DNA of 64,000 nucleotides. Origin: Octopus vulgaris (lineage: Eukaryota). The first letter of the stretch is position 1. Every line of letters begins with the position of its first letter. Made by a program: the position numbers and the translations under genes. The notes under the pieces are model-generated. The model was not told where the DNA came from and did no database searches. It was given only the letters and a program-made list of their open reading frames with translations. The stretch lies in the NCBI GenBank assembly GCA_951406725.2, contig OX597820.1, positions 75,888,001 to 75,952,000 on the forward strand, given 5' to 3'. Shown one piece after another: positions 27,991-42,671 of the stretch.

Positions 27991-29814
27991 ATAGACAGAG
28001 AGAGAATTGAGGGAGGGAGATAGATAGATAGATAGAGAGAGAGAGAATTGAGGGAGGGAGATAGAGAGAGAGAGAGAGAGACATACATATATTCATACAT
28101 ACCCTCATACGTATATGGTGAATGCTTTATCTGCATATATGATTGTATACTTTCTGTATTCATACACACGTACATACATACATACATACATACATACATA
28201 CATACATACATACATACATACATACATACATCCATACATAAATGCATACATATTTATATGTATTACGCGTGGGTGTACGTGCGAGTGCGGGTGTGTACAA
28301 AACAATCAAAACAAATATTTATTTATATTTTGCATGTTTATTTTTTATTTCATTTTCCCTTTTAATTTCTAATTACACATGCAGGAATTTCGTTGACGGC
28401 TTCTTGTTTATATTTTCAATGGCAATCGGCATGACGTTGAAAGTCAAGTCTGGTCCCACTGGGAAAGTCATTTAGCAAATAATGAAGTGTCTCTATCGTA
28501 TAATTATAGATTCATTAAAATAATAGGGAAAAGGCTATCACAGCTTCTATCTCCTGCTTTTCACTTTCTGTCTCTCAACCATCATCTCTGTACATCTCTC
28601 TCTCTCACACATAATTTTTGCACTGCCATTTCCCCCACTCATTGAACTCAAATTCTACAAAGACAATGTCATGCTTTTAAACCTTAAGAGTTTGTTTTGT
28701 TCTCAAATTGGGTTGCATGCCTCTCTCTCTAATAGTTTTCGACATAATTTAACTTATACAATTGTTTTTTTTTCTTGTCTATCATGTAAATATTTTATTT
28801 AATGTTATTTATGTATTTATTTACAGCAGATCTAATCTACTGGCATAGAAAACATCGGAATAAAACAATAATAAAGAAGATAAAACAATATATTTAAAAC
28901 AATCACTTTTTAATCTTTCATTCATCACCTCCCAAAAGATTGGTTGTTAAAGCTTCACCTCTGCAAAACATTTCTGTTTGTTTTTGATAATAACGAAAAT
29001 ATATTCTTCAGCACGAATATGGTAACAAGTTTAATTCATAATTTTTTAAAAGTATTTTACAGTTTATTTTCTCAATAATATTTTCTTGTTTTGCTTTTAT
29101 CATTAATTTCACTGGAAATTTAAAATATATAAAAAGAAAATTGTTTTCGCCAACTGATATGCTAGAAAAGTGATGAATGTGTAAAAATTAACTTTTCTTG
29201 TTTTTAATAATTTCCTATGAAAATTTTGTTTGATTGTTTTTAGTACATTTTATATAATTTATTTCGGGTTTTAGTGTGAATATTAATTTTACTTGTGAAA
29301 AGACAACAAATGATGACATTCCAACTGAATGTTCCCTTTTCACTGTCCCAATTTCCATCAAGTATTTTAATTGTTTCTTTATTAAATATGAAAATTAGAA
29401 TATTAGGTGAATGTGAGGTGCGATGGGGAAAATCTCTTATCTAGAATCCAATTATTTTTGCATACTTCACAAACTTATATGGTATATGTGAGTAACTATG
29501 TGTTTGAGTAGGAGTTTAATTGTGTGTATGTGTATATATATGTGTGTATGTGTGCGTGGGTGTGTGTGTGCGTGTTTGTGTGTGTGTGTATATATATATA
29601 TATGTATAAGTATATACATATACATACACATATATGTGTATGTACTCACACATGTATGTGTGAGTGTATATTTATATATATATATACATAGTTCCTTGAA
29701 GAGAAAGGCATAGATAGAGAGAGAGAGGGGGGAGAGAGAGAGAGAGAAAGAGATAAATAGATAGATACAGGTATATAGACATATATATATATATACATAC
29801 ATATATACTCATTT

Positions 29815-30085
29815 ATTTATTTCAGTCATTAGACTAAGGTCAAGCTAGGATACTGTCTTAAAGGGTTTAGTGGGACCAACACGAACTAAAAGATGCACAC
29901 ACACGCGCACACACACAGACACACACGCGCGCACTCACACATATACATGTATGCATATGCATCTACATGTGAAAGGCTTCTTTCAGTTTCTGTCTAAGGA
30001 ATCTACTCACAAGTTTCTATTTGGTCCGGGTCTACAGTAGGAGACACTTTCCCAAGGTGACACGCAACAGGACCGAAACCCGGAA
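29815..30085 (-). mobile_element. SINE-B degenerate, internally deleted
   Basis: ttcagtcattagact tail and ggcttctttcagtttc...cccaaggtgacacgca head portion. Confidence 0.6.
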
Positions 30086-30451
30086 TATTGAGTATTCTTT
30101 TTGTTTAGCGCGAAATTATTTTTCTAATAACGCGACACAGTGCGCTGAATTGGAAGAATTTTTAGCAGGCCGGACAAAAAGATTAATAAATCCTTTTTAT
30201 GATATTTAAAATGCCTGAAATTTGGAGGATGTGGAAAGTTGCTCGTTGATTATATTGATCGCAATTGTTCAACTGGTACTTTATTTTATCGAGCCGAGAA
30301 AGGATGAAGAACAAAGTTGACCTAGAAGGGATTTCAGCTCACAGCATAAGGACGTGGAATAAAAATCACCACACATGGTTTCCAAGACGCTACCCATTCC
30401 ATATGTTCGCCGCTACAACTTGTTTTTAACAGTAACGTTAATTCTCGACTA

Positions 30452-30668
30452 ATATTCCTTTCTACTATTGACACAGGGCTTGAAATTTCTGGTGGGGGTA
30501 ACTATTCGGTTATATCGCCCCAGTGTTTCACTGGTACTTAATGTATCGACCCCGAAAGGATGAAAGGCAAAGTCAACCACTTCGGAATTTGAATTTAGAA
30601 TGTAAGACGGACGAATTACCGCTAAGCATTTTATCCGGCATACTAACGACCCTACCAGCTCGCCGCTC
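30452..30668 (-). mobile_element. SINE-A monomer with 11-bp TSD
   Basis: Full head, core and tail; aattctcgact is duplicated at 30440 and 30671. An older degenerate copy lies at about 30215-30415. Confidence 0.85.
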
Positions 30669-30982
30669 TAAATTCTCGACTGCTAAATTTCGAGAGACGT
30701 TTACAATTTTATATATGAAACAGAATTTCATTTTGCTTGTCAAGGTGACTGTTTAAATCATACGCTTTTAGCATTAAATATTGAAGAAAATTAACGATAT
30801 AATCGAAATCTTTAGAATAATTAACCATGTTCGCTCATTAGATATTGGAAAAAAAAATCGAACCTTCAACAATTTCATGAAAATCTATAAATTTTGGTAC
30901 CAACATAGAAGCAAAAACATTTCGAGACTGTGAAATTCCCATGAGAGTCGGTAGAGGAATATTAATACCATTTCGTTAAGCC

Positions 30983-31345
30983 TTTACTCATTTCAGTCTT
31001 TGGTTTGCGGCCATGCTGGAGCACAACCTTGAAGGGTTTTAGTCGACTCCAGGAAATATATTAAGTCTCGTACTTATTCTGTTAGATCTTATTTACTGAA
31101 CCGCTAAGTTTGTTTGATGTAAACAAACCAACATCGGTCGACAATTAGTGTGAGGACAAACACAAACAGAAAGACACGTGCGCACACGCACATACATGTA
31201 TGTGTACGATGGACTTCCACGCAGTATCTGTTTATTAAAGTTGCTCACAACGCATTGGTCGGCTCGAGGTTGTGGCAAGAAGACACTTGCTCAAGGATAT
31301 GCGCAGTAAGGCTTAACCCAAAACCACGTTGTTGTAAAACAAGCC
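30983..31345 (-). mobile_element. SINE-B copy
   Basis: gcggccatgctggagcac...gaaccgctaagtt...agaagacacttgctcaagg. Confidence 0.8.
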
Positions 31346-32335
31346 TCAGAACGAGAGTTTATTCAAGTTGGATAGGATGACTTTTGAGGACGAAAATGAG
31401 GAGGGTTTCTCGAAACCAGAAGCCTCATCTGAATACTTGCAATAAAAGCCATCCAAGCTAAAGACAACCAAATACCTGGTGGTGACGTATACTCGCGTGA
31501 AAGGTTAAATGAGAATGCATAGCACATCTATATATACCGTGAGAGCCCTCGTTCTGTTTCCTTATCGGCCTCAAAAAATGAAAAGCAAAGCTGACCTCAG
31601 CGAGATTTGAAACCAGTGCACCGAGTATCAGAAGAAATTGTGCAAAACATTTTCTTCTATGCAGTTACGAGTCTTCTAAAGGATTCAAGAAAACAATTAT
31701 CCCACATATAAAAGCGATTTTACACCTACTCTTATCTTTTATCTCTTACTTGTTACAGTCATTAGACTGTGGCCATGCTGGAGCACATTCAAATCCGGCC
31801 TACACAGCTAGACAGATAAAACTAACCTGAGTAACATTTGGAAACATAGCGCAGCGTGTCAAAACACAGACTGCAAGACGTTTAATCCTACGCACCAACG
31901 ACGAGTTTGCTAAGGGATACATAGAAAAAAAAAAAAAAAGATTGTTCCACATCTAAAACTAGTTTGGCATCTGTTTATATCCAAATCCGACATACACAAC
32001 TGCTGATCGATCATGTTGTTACAGCAAATACTGCAAAATAAATACAAGGAAAATACCAAAGCGTTACGTTCAGACTGGATACCAAAACGCTGAAGGCCGT
32101 TAGAAATAGAAAAATACAAAAAAAATAAAAAATAAAGCATTCCTGAAAATTTGCCCAAGGAATGGTTCTTAGTGTTGTCTGAATACCAAGGTGTTTTGCT
32201 GAAATAATTTTAAATGTTTATTCCAGTTGTTTGCCCCATGGAAAACAGCAACACTTTAATAAGCATTATTGTTTTATTGTCATCATCATCATCATCATCA
32301 TCATCATTATCATCATCATTATTATTATTATTATG

Positions 32336-32388
<53 letters not shown>

Positions 32389-32899
32389 CATCATCATCAC
32401 CATCATCATAATTTTCATTTTTATTATTAATTGATATATTTTATGCTATTCGTTTATCATTGCTATTATTCTTTTGTTATTTCATAATTATTATTTCATT
32501 ATATTATTAATATTATTATCATTATTATTATTATTGTTGCCTTTTATTGTTTTGGTTTTGGTTTTGATTTTATAATATCAATTTTGTTTCTTTACTTTTT
32601 TTATTTATTTATTCAATTTCCATGGCTTACAACTGTAGGCAAGGTGATTATAATTATCAGCTAAAATAATTTCCACATGGTCAGGCCTGCTTTCCAGCAG
32701 CCGCTCCGGTTTCGTTCCTGCCTTACAACACCCTCTTAACTTAATACCCTAAAACACTAATGGGCGTTATTCTATATTGTCGAGTGGACAATTAATTTTT
32801 AATCAGTTCCGTACTTAGTTTCCCATGCCCCCGCCCCCTAATGATATTTATTTTGTGCAATATTTGTGCGTTCTTTACTTCAGTGTACGCGTTTTTATT

Positions 32900-33118
32900 A
32901 TAAGCATAATCGTCATCATCTTCATTATCATCATCATCATCGATATTACCGTCATCGGCAATACTGTTGTCATCGTAATCATCATCATCATCATCCTCAT
33001 CATCATCGTCGCCAACATCATCATCATTATAGTCATCATCGTCATCGTTGTCACCGCCGTTGTAATCATCATCAGCATCATCATCGTCATCACAGTCGTC
33101 ATCAGCAGCATCATTGAC

Positions 33119-33168
<50 letters not shown>

Positions 33169-33260
33169 AATCCTCATCATCAACTACTTCCTCAAACACT
33201 GCAACCACCTTTTCCGCCTCTTTCTCAATCATAATCAACATCATCATCGCCATTATCATC
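32900..33260. repeat. Degenerate (CAT)n tract
   Basis: Direct inspection; source of the poly-D/H/I/M ORFs. Confidence 0.95.
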
Positions 33261-33520
33261 GTTCCGAATCTCTCACTCAAACAGACACACATACACACAC
33301 ACACACATACAAACACAGACACAAATCCATCCGACCTCCTCATTTCTTTCCCCCCACCTACCCACTACTTCCCTATTTCAAAACTGCTCTACACGATTGC
33401 ATTCTATTTACATAACGATATCCAGACTGACACACATATGGACATTCCCACTCCACTCAACACAAACACAAATATACACATACTTATGTGTGTGTGTGTG
33501 TGTGTTTGCATGTGTGTGTT

Positions 33521-33688
33521 GGCTCGTGGCTTAGTGGTAAGCGCGTTGCACTCATGATAACGAGATTACGGTTAGGATTCCTGGACTTGCGTTGCGTTGT
33601 TGAGTAACGGAAACTTCGCCTAACGTTGCTCCAGAGCATTGTGAGTAATCCTGCGACGGATCGGCATCCTATCTGAAGGAGGGGCAAT
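33521..33688 (+). mobile_element. Degenerate tRNA-derived V-SINE-like element
   Basis: A-box tggcttagtgg, then acgttgctccag and cctgcgacggatcggcatcctatc...ggggg tail motif. Confidence 0.55.
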
Positions 33689-33787
33689 ATATATATATAT
33701 GTATATATATATGTGTGTGTGTGCATGTGTGTGTGTGTTTGTCTGTGTGTGTTTGTGTGTGTGTGTCTGTATACATACATACATATA

Positions 33788-33836
<49 letters not shown>

Positions 33837-33964
33837 TCAGGTAACTATATAAATTCAGGTAACTACTTGATAAATTTAAGCACCTGTATAGGTGATAGGA
33901 TATATGTATCAAAGGAAAAGCAAAATCCTTTGCGTCCTGTTTTTCTTTTGATATAATCGTCGCT

Positions 33965-34976
33965 AGAGATTAAAAAACATAAACTCCAAAACAACATATC
34001 TATCATCAATAGTCAGAGAAGAGTTGAAGAGGCCTGGGCCATTGAGAAGATCAAACTTAATCCCAAAGTGTTCTTTTCATTTGCAAAAAAACATAGAGAC
34101 ACTGGTTTTACTGTTGGCCCCCTGATTGATGAAAATGGTACTCATCAAGACAATGCCAAAACCATGGGAGAGATATTGCAGAAACAATATTGCTCTGTTT
34201 TCAGCAATACCGATATGACTGATCTGGGCTGTATCAGTGATGTTACTCCCCAATACACTTTATCGGACATAACCTTTGGCGCTCCTGATGTCTTAGCAGC
34301 AATAAAGGAAATGAAGCACAATTCAGCAGTAGATCCCGATAAGTTCCCTGCTTGTGTCTTGCACCAACTTGCACCCCCTCTAGCCAATCTGTGGCGGAAC
34401 TCACTGGATGCTGGATATATACCAGAAGACCTTCTATCCCAGTCTGTTGTCCCAGTCTTCAAAAAAGGAAACAAATCGCTTGCAGTGAATTACCGTCCAA
34501 TCTCACTCACTTCTCATATCATTAAGGTATTTGAGAGAGTGGTGAGATCGCGTATGACTCACTTCCTTGAGAGTCATAATATGCTGAACTCCAACCAGCA
34601 TGGATTCCGTAATGGAAGAGATTGCCTGACGCAGCTACTGCATCATTTTGATGACATTTTGAGAGCCTTGGGAGAGGGTTCCAACACTGATGTCATCTAC
34701 CTTGATTTCAACAAGGCCTTTGACAGGGTTGATCATAAGATCCTTTGGAGAAAGCTGTCCAATATTGGTGTCACTGAAAAGCTACTGCAGTGGATCAAGT
34801 GCTTCCTGTCTAACAGAACCCAACATGTTGTAGTCGAAGGAGTCAAATCCAGCCCAGCCAAAGTCAGCAGTGGTGTCCCACAAGGCACTGTGTTGGGCTC
34901 AATTCTCTTCATCATCTACATTAATGATATTACTGACACCATCAAACACAGTAACATCAGAACCTTCGCTGATGAT
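33965..34976 (+). pseudogene. LINE ORF2 fragment, reverse transcriptase (CR1/L2/Jockey-group type), truncated at both ends
   Basis: Open frame with NPKVFFSFAK, PVFKKG..NYRPISLTSHIIKVFE, QHGFR, IYLDFNKAFDRVDH, SGVPQGTVLG and catalytic FADD (34965-34976), then runs into simple repeats. Confidence 0.95.
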
Positions 34977-35194
34977 GGCGACGACAATGATAACGATGTG
35001 CGTGTAATTGTGTGCGCTTACGTGTGTTTGCCCCTGTATATACGTATGTATATGCATATACAACAACACCATACATATCCAACATATGCTTTGATAACAT
35101 GCATACAAACACGTATATGTACATGCAAGCACGCACATACACATACACACACACATACACGAACGCGTGCGCGCACACACATACAAGTATATAT

Positions 35195-35597
35195 ATATTC
35201 GTTTCTACTCTAGGCACAAAGCCCGAAATTTGGCGGGAGGGGACCTTTCGATCAAATCGATCGCAGTACGCAGCAAGTACTTAATTTATCGAACCCGAAA
35301 GGAAGAAAAGCAGAGTCGACCTCGGCAGAATTTGAACTTAGAATGTAAAGACAGACGAAATACCGCTAGGCATTTCGCCCGGCGTGCTAACGTTTCTTAT
35401 TTCTTTATTGCCCACAAGGGGCTAAACATGGAGGGGACAAACAAGGACAGACAAACGGATTAAGTCGGTTACATCGACCCCAGTACGTAACTGGTACTTA
35501 ATTTATCGAGCACGAAAGAATGAAACGCAAAGTCAACCTCGGCAGAATTTGAAGTGAGAACGTAAAGACAGACGAAATACCGCTAAGCATTTCGCCT
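35195..35597 (-). mobile_element. SINE-A multimer (two body units)
   Basis: Reverse complement of SINE-A core and tail. Confidence 0.88.
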
Positions 35598-35946
35598 TCA
35601 AGTATATGTACATTACAGAACTGTAATTGTATATAAGATCCACTGAGAATACGCCGTCAAGAAGTTATAATTATTCAACAATACCCCGTTAGCAATATTT
35701 ACTGCAACTCATTGACAAGCGTAAGTAACTCTAACACAATTAAGAAGACATTTCCTTAGAGTAATTACTAAGTTCATTGGACAACTTTTCTGAAAGACAA
35801 ATTATGATTGGTTCATTCAGAATTTTAATTTAGCGCTTCGTTTCAATAAATAAACTGTTGGAGCAAACAATTTAGGGAATAAGAACTTAATAAATGCTGA
35901 TAAGCATTTTAATTACAGAATTATACATATGTGTATACAATATATA

Positions 35947-36060
35947 GGCACAGGAGTGGCTGTGTGGCAAGTAGCTTGCTTACCAACCACATGTTTCTGG
36001 GTTCAGTACCACTGCGTGGTACCTTCAGCAAGTGTCGTCTACCATAGCCTCGGACCGACC

Positions 36061-36063
<3 letters not shown>
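35947..36063 (+). mobile_element. SINE-B head followed by (GATA)n
   Basis: ggcacaggagtggctgtgtggcaagtagcttgcttaccaacc...gggttcagtacc...gcctcggaccgaccaaag. Confidence 0.8.
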
Positions 36064-36151
<88 letters not shown>

Positions 36152-36692
36152 TAGGCATATCTATATGTGTATGTATATATTTATGTATACAACAAAAATA
36201 ATATTTGTCTCTTATTATAGAAACAAAAAGGCTTATAGGACTGCAAAACAAGTGCTCAATTATATATGAGGCGAAGATAAATAAAAAAAAAGCATTGGTT
36301 ATAGAACGAACATTAAATTTGGGTCAACGACTTTACATACAACACCACACTTCAAACATTTAATCATATATAAAAAAAAAACACCATGGTCTACAAACAC
36401 ATAAAAAAATAATACATATACATAAAATCACAGAAGGTAAAGTATATATTCTAAGATACAAATAGAACGGCTTTTCAAAAGTTAAATATAACGACTAATA
36501 ATTCAAAACTACCAAAAACTCTAATGGACAAATATAAAGTATATATATGTATATGTATATATGTGTTTATGCGGGCATATATAGTTACTTATATATACAT
36601 AAATATATACACAAGTATATACATATAAAAAAATATATATGTGTATATATATATAGACACACACATAAGCATGTATATATGTATGAATAAAC

Positions 36693-36732
<40 letters not shown>

Positions 36733-36997
36733 ACACACGCACAAACACGCACACGCACACACACACACGCACACACACACATAAACTACGCTTGCGCACA
36801 CACATATATGCGATGCGCAGGTACAAAAGAAAAAATGATAAATCTCTCTGCCTGTTATATCAATATTATACAAGTATTTGTGGTTTTCTCTAAATATACA
36901 TATAAGCCAATGTATTTGCAGATACAAAGAATTCAATGCTGTTTTTTTTCCCACTGCATGTTCTCACAGAGAAGAAACCTCAAAACATATGTACACA

Positions 36998-37042
<45 letters not shown>

Positions 37043-37085
37043 CATTTATATTTCTACATGCATATTATAAGCACACACATACATT

Positions 37086-37116
<31 letters not shown>

Positions 37117-37187
37117 TTATATGTATCTATATGTATTTATATATATATATGTGTATATATATATGTAAGTATAGATGTATATATATG

Positions 37188-37234
<47 letters not shown>

Positions 37235-37255
37235 CATATTTATATATATATATGC

Positions 37256-37330
<75 letters not shown>

Positions 37331-39145
37331 ATATATATATATATATATATCATTTAATGCAAGACATATAATCAATGGTCACGCTGTTTCCCATTATTGT
37401 GGTATGCAGTTGCCTTCAGCCAAATTCCCTGTTATCTGCAATTTACCAAGACATTATGAAACAGGCGGCGAAAGCTGGACTCTGACTCCTTACTTAATAA
37501 TTGTCAATATAGTTGCCACCGTAGCAGCCCCAGTGGCAGTTTCCACGTCAATATATCACTCGAAAATGGTCTGGCATACTTCCATCACACACTGTGCAAA
37601 GGAAAGTACTGCGTGGTTGCACTCAACATGGGTTTTGCAAATAAGAGGGGTTTTTTGTTTGTTTTTTATGCCCTTTCTTTCCTCTTTATTATTATTATTT
37701 TTTTTTTTTCTTTTTTACATAAAACATCCATCCTGCTGTATCTTTTCCGCATCATTATTATCACCCTTTAAATTCACTCTCTCGCCCCTTCTGCTAAATT
37801 GACAGAAGCTTTCATTGCTAAATTCCATTCCTACTGACACGAGCCTATCTTACACTATTTGATCATTAGTCCTTATCTATTTCATTTCTAGATTTCATCT
37901 ACGATAATATCTTAACTCCGACTGATTCTTTCTGCGAGATATTTCAACGAAGCGATTAAGCGAACCATTGGTTATTCATGCCAAGGAAATTTCCTTTTTC
38001 TGACCTGATAAATCTGCTCATGACATAATAATATCAGTCGACATGAAATATGATGTTTGACCCATGGAAATGTCACAGTAAGACGCTAATAAATCATCAG
38101 GGCTGGTTCCATAGCAGAAATCCTCTCTACCTCCAAACCTGCTTTATTTATTTTTTCTTAATGTATAATTTCGACCTGAAGATAGATGGTGGAGACATAT
38201 CCTAATTCCACGTTTGTCCAAAACTCATCCTTTCAAATTTACTGTTGTCTATACAATCAATATTTCCTATCTCATCCATCATATTAATCCGACAAGGAGA
38301 AAAATCAAGAAGTTTTGTTACAATACATAATCCATGTTAATCTTTTTTTCATAATCAAAAAGACAATTGATGACTGCAAGACTTAATCTGCATCACAATA
38401 AATACAATACACGTCACTAATTTCTTGGTTTGAAAGCCTTTTATCGTTTTTCTTTTTTTTTTTCTTTTTTTTTTTTTTTTTACTTTATTCCTTCGGGCAC
38501 AGATTAAACAACGACAATAATTCAATGCAGGCGAGGGAATTTCTGATGTTTTTACAATTTATGTTTTGAATTATTTTATACGTGTGTATGCGTGCGTGCG
38601 ACCGTGCCTGCTTGCTTGCGTGCGTGTGTGTGCGTGCGTGCATGTGTGTGTGAATGCATGCTTGCGACCTTGCTTGCTTGCGTGCGTTCGTTAGTGTGTG
38701 TGTGTGCGTGTGCGAGTGTGTGTGTGTGTGCAAGGGTGAGCACGTGTCTGTATATATATATATATGTGCATGCGAGAGACAGAGTGAGAGTGAGTGAGAG
38801 AGATTTAGAAACACAGAGAGAGAGTTTGACTGTTTAAGTTATTCCTAATATTATGAGTATTAAAATAACTCATATAAAGGCACTAGGGTGGCTGTGTGGT
38901 AAAGGCGCTTGCTTTTCACCCATGAGGTCTTGGGTTCAGTCCTACTACGCGGCACTTTAGGCAAGTGTTTTCTGCTATAATCGAAATTTTCATTAATAAT
39001 TGAGTGGATTACTTGAGATATGGCACTTGGCTGCTATTTCATGTCATAAAGCTGTAAGTTAATATCTCTCCATTCTATGTGACCTGTTACATGTGTTGTG
39101 AGAAGGAAGTGATGCTTTTTAGAATAAAGTTCTCAGACGAAAAAA

Positions 39146-39545
39146 TACAGGTGTGACTGTGCAATAATCTCTCTTGCCAACCACATGGTTCCGAGTTCAG
39201 TCTTACTGCGTGTCACTTTAGGCAAATGTCCTCTTCTATGGCCTCGCACTGACAAAGCTTTGTGAGTGAATGTAGTGGACTGAAACTTAAAGAGGCCCGT
39301 CATGTACATGTGTGTGTGTGTGTGTATGTGTGTTTGCCCACTACCACCCCCTGACAACCGTTGTTGGTTTGTTTACGTCAGCGTAAACTAGCGGTTCGGT
39401 AAAGGGTTTGAAGAAAGCGCAAGGCTTCAAAACCATAAATAAATAAATGAAATAGGTTCTGGGGTTGATTAATTCGACAAATAAATTTTCAAGGCGGTGC
39501 CCCAGCATGGTCGCAATCTAATAAGTAAAAGAGTAAAAAAAAATA
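39146..39545 (+). mobile_element. SINE-B near full length; a second head fragment lies at about 38878-38980
   Basis: Head, core, internal (TG)n and aaggcggtgccccagcatgg tail. Confidence 0.82.
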
Positions 39546-39908
39546 AATGTGAATAACAGAATGAAACGCATGATGGAAAACTAAGTACCAATTTCGAAAC
39601 ATCATTCTTCTTCAAACCAAGGATGTTTATATAGTGCAATGCATTTCAGCTGTCACAGAATGTATGTAACACTCAGAATCAATGACGTCAGACGCCAATC
39701 TTATTTCACAAACACCTCAGAAGAAGTAAAAAAAAAAAAAACTGCCACATGGAAAAGTTCTATACAACTGTCTTTCCATGTTGAAATGCATATGACATTA
39801 CCAAGAAACTGAAGGACAGTTTGGAAATGCTGAAGAATAAAGTAGAAAAAAAATCAAGTGAAGAGAATATGCAGGTCTCAATCACACAAGGTAAAAAAGT
39901 AGAAGTAA

Positions 39909-39971
<63 letters not shown>

Positions 39972-41334
39972 CATATATACATATATGTATATATATACAT
40001 ACATACATATATATATATATTTATGTATAATCGTATATATAGCGCATGCATATATAAATATATTTATATACATATATACATGTATATTCATATGTGTATA
40101 TATATATATATTGTGCTTAATGCTTATATATGTATATATAGTTACGTATGTGTATAATATATATATATATATATATATGTATACATATATACACGCGCGC
40201 ACAAACACACGGACACACACATATATGCATATATATACATACATACATACATATAAAGAGGAAGAGTGATAAAGAGAGACAGGGGGAGAGGGAGGGAAAG
40301 AGAGAGAGAGAATACTTTTTTTTAGCGAAATGCTATTTTCGTCAAAAAATCTAGAAATCTTGCTGACAATTTAGACATTTCCCAGTTTAGGAGAAAAAAA
40401 AAACCTCCAACAAAGAAAAATAAAATCATACCTCCCATAAAAACTTTTTTTTTTTTTCTACGTTACTTCCTTAAAAAAAAAATTAACTGAGCAGAGGTCA
40501 GATGAAAACTTCCAATCTCCATTGAGAATCTTTTTCTTTGTAACCAATTCGCAATGTTGAATACTTCAACGCCCCTTCTCCATCTCACCTTCATTTTGAA
40601 TGTAATATCATTTTTCTTTACTTCTTTCCTTGGTTTATCTCTCATGGGAACTATTCTTATGGTACATCAACCAATCAGACAACAAGCCAACAGGCGAACA
40701 CTCCATCCCTGCCTATTTCATTCACTGTCACTCAACCTGCCTATAAACTAACCTACATAATATAACTTGCTGTTCTATCATCATTTATATCACATCATAC
40801 GTTTCACGCAGACCAAACAAACAAACAAACAGCTTTGACGAATGTATTGTGGAACAAACTGAAACTTCACAATTTCACGGAGCGACACAAGAGAGCTAGA
40901 AATAGAGACGGCACTCGTTCGCTCACTCACTCACTCACCACAACCCACCGTTGTTCATTGTGTAGACCGAAGTTGCTGAATAGCTTGAACAATACCAATG
41001 CGACTACCATCGAGACATATCCCACCACCACCACCGCCACCACAGCAACAACAACAACAACAACAACCACAACCACCACAAAGACCACTTCTACCACCAC
41101 CATCACCACCACCACAGCCATTACCATCAACGCCATTACCAACACCACCACAAAAACCACCACAACCACCACCATCACTACCACCACCACCGCCACCACC
41201 ACCACTATCGCCACCACCACCACCACCACCCCCAGCACCAGCAACAACGACATCGAGCCAGTGGAGGGCCCCCACCCTGCAAGACATGGCAGCTAAGTCT
41301 TTAAGGTAGCACTCCTAATATCTTAGAAAAGATG

Positions 41335-41550
41335 GGCAGTAAAGAAATAAGAAACGTTAGCTCGCCGAGCAAATTCCTTAGAAGCATTTCTTCCGTCTTT
41401 ACGATCTGAGTTCAAATCCTGCGGAGGTCCAATCTGCCTTGAATCCTTTAGGGGTTGATAAAACAAGTATGAGTAGAGCACTGGGTTTAATATAATCGAC
41501 ATATATTCTCTCCCGAACTTGCTGGCCTATTTGACCGGGGTTTAGAGGAA
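41335..41550 (+). mobile_element. SINE-A degenerate
   Basis: gaaacgttagctcgccgagc...ctgagttcaaatcctgcggaggtc...gggttgataaaacaagta. Confidence 0.65.
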
Positions 41551-41670
41551 AAGCAAAGTTGACTCCTGAGGTAAATGCACCGGTAATTTTAAGGTACTTT
41601 GACTCTAATAAATTGTGTGAATGATCATGTAGTTCATTTGTTATTGATAAAGATCCCGATAATTCTCCCT

Positions 41671-41703
<33 letters not shown>

Positions 41704-42205
41704 AAACACACACACACACACAGGAGCGTATACGCGCAGATATACACATATACATATATGTACACAGATTTATAATGGGTTGCGTTAATAGATTCTATGA
41801 GGTCAAACAATCTGAATACTCCGCCTTCTATTTTGATGGGGGACTAATGTAGGAACAAATAAGTTCCGGTACAATATGAAAGCAGTTTATCACCGCGCAC
41901 TTCCGTTTCAAGCATTTCACTTAGTTACTCTTATAACACAAACAGCAACAACTACAACAATATCCTGTCAAGGGGTTAGGTTGCACTTAGTTGATTCAGT
42001 CGCTAGAAATAGCAGCCAAATACTTCCCAAATCCTACTTTATCTGCCTTAAATAAGAAAAAAAGGATATAATGTTAAACTGTCGTATGTCTGAATTTGGC
42101 CAAATGCCTTTTTTCAATATTCATTTTTGCTTGCAATAACCGGTTCTTTTGGTCAAACTATCGTATCTCCAGCTAATTCAGAAGTCAAGATATCGAAAAT
42201 TGTCA

Positions 42206-42263
<58 letters not shown>

Positions 42264-42266
42264 ATG

Positions 42267-42298
<32 letters not shown>

Positions 42299-42597
42299 CT
42301 GTCTAAGAATCTATAAGTCAGGAAAAAAATGCATTCGTATATCTGTCAGTAGAGGGGGTAATATTAATCGAAGTGTACGGCATTGTATATCCATTACCGC
42401 CGATTTTAGCAATCGGTTTCGCAGTAGGGGTTCAACGGAGTGCTAGGCAACTGTCCGATTACGTTACCCAAATACGTTGGTCATAGATGCAACGCTGTTT
42501 ACTATATGTCAGCTTGTTTATGGGGAATGCAGAATTAAACAACAACAACTACTACTACTACTACTACTACTAGTAGTAGTAGTAGTAGTAGTAGTAG

Positions 42598-42671
<74 letters not shown>

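Noticed and set aside
32792-33343. Asp-rich 183-aa ORF resembling an acidic biomineralisation protein
   Set aside because: It is a degenerate (GAT)n tract with a (TG)n-derived N-terminus, and similar tracts occur throughout the window.
34977-35213. C-terminal extension of the RT ORF
   Set aside because: It is read-through into microsatellite and SINE sequence and is not part of the LINE protein.
40998-41309. Pro/Gln-rich 103-aa ORF resembling a formin or transcription-factor low-complexity region
   Set aside because: It is a (CCA/CAA)n tract open in several frames on both strands, with no strong splice or homology support.
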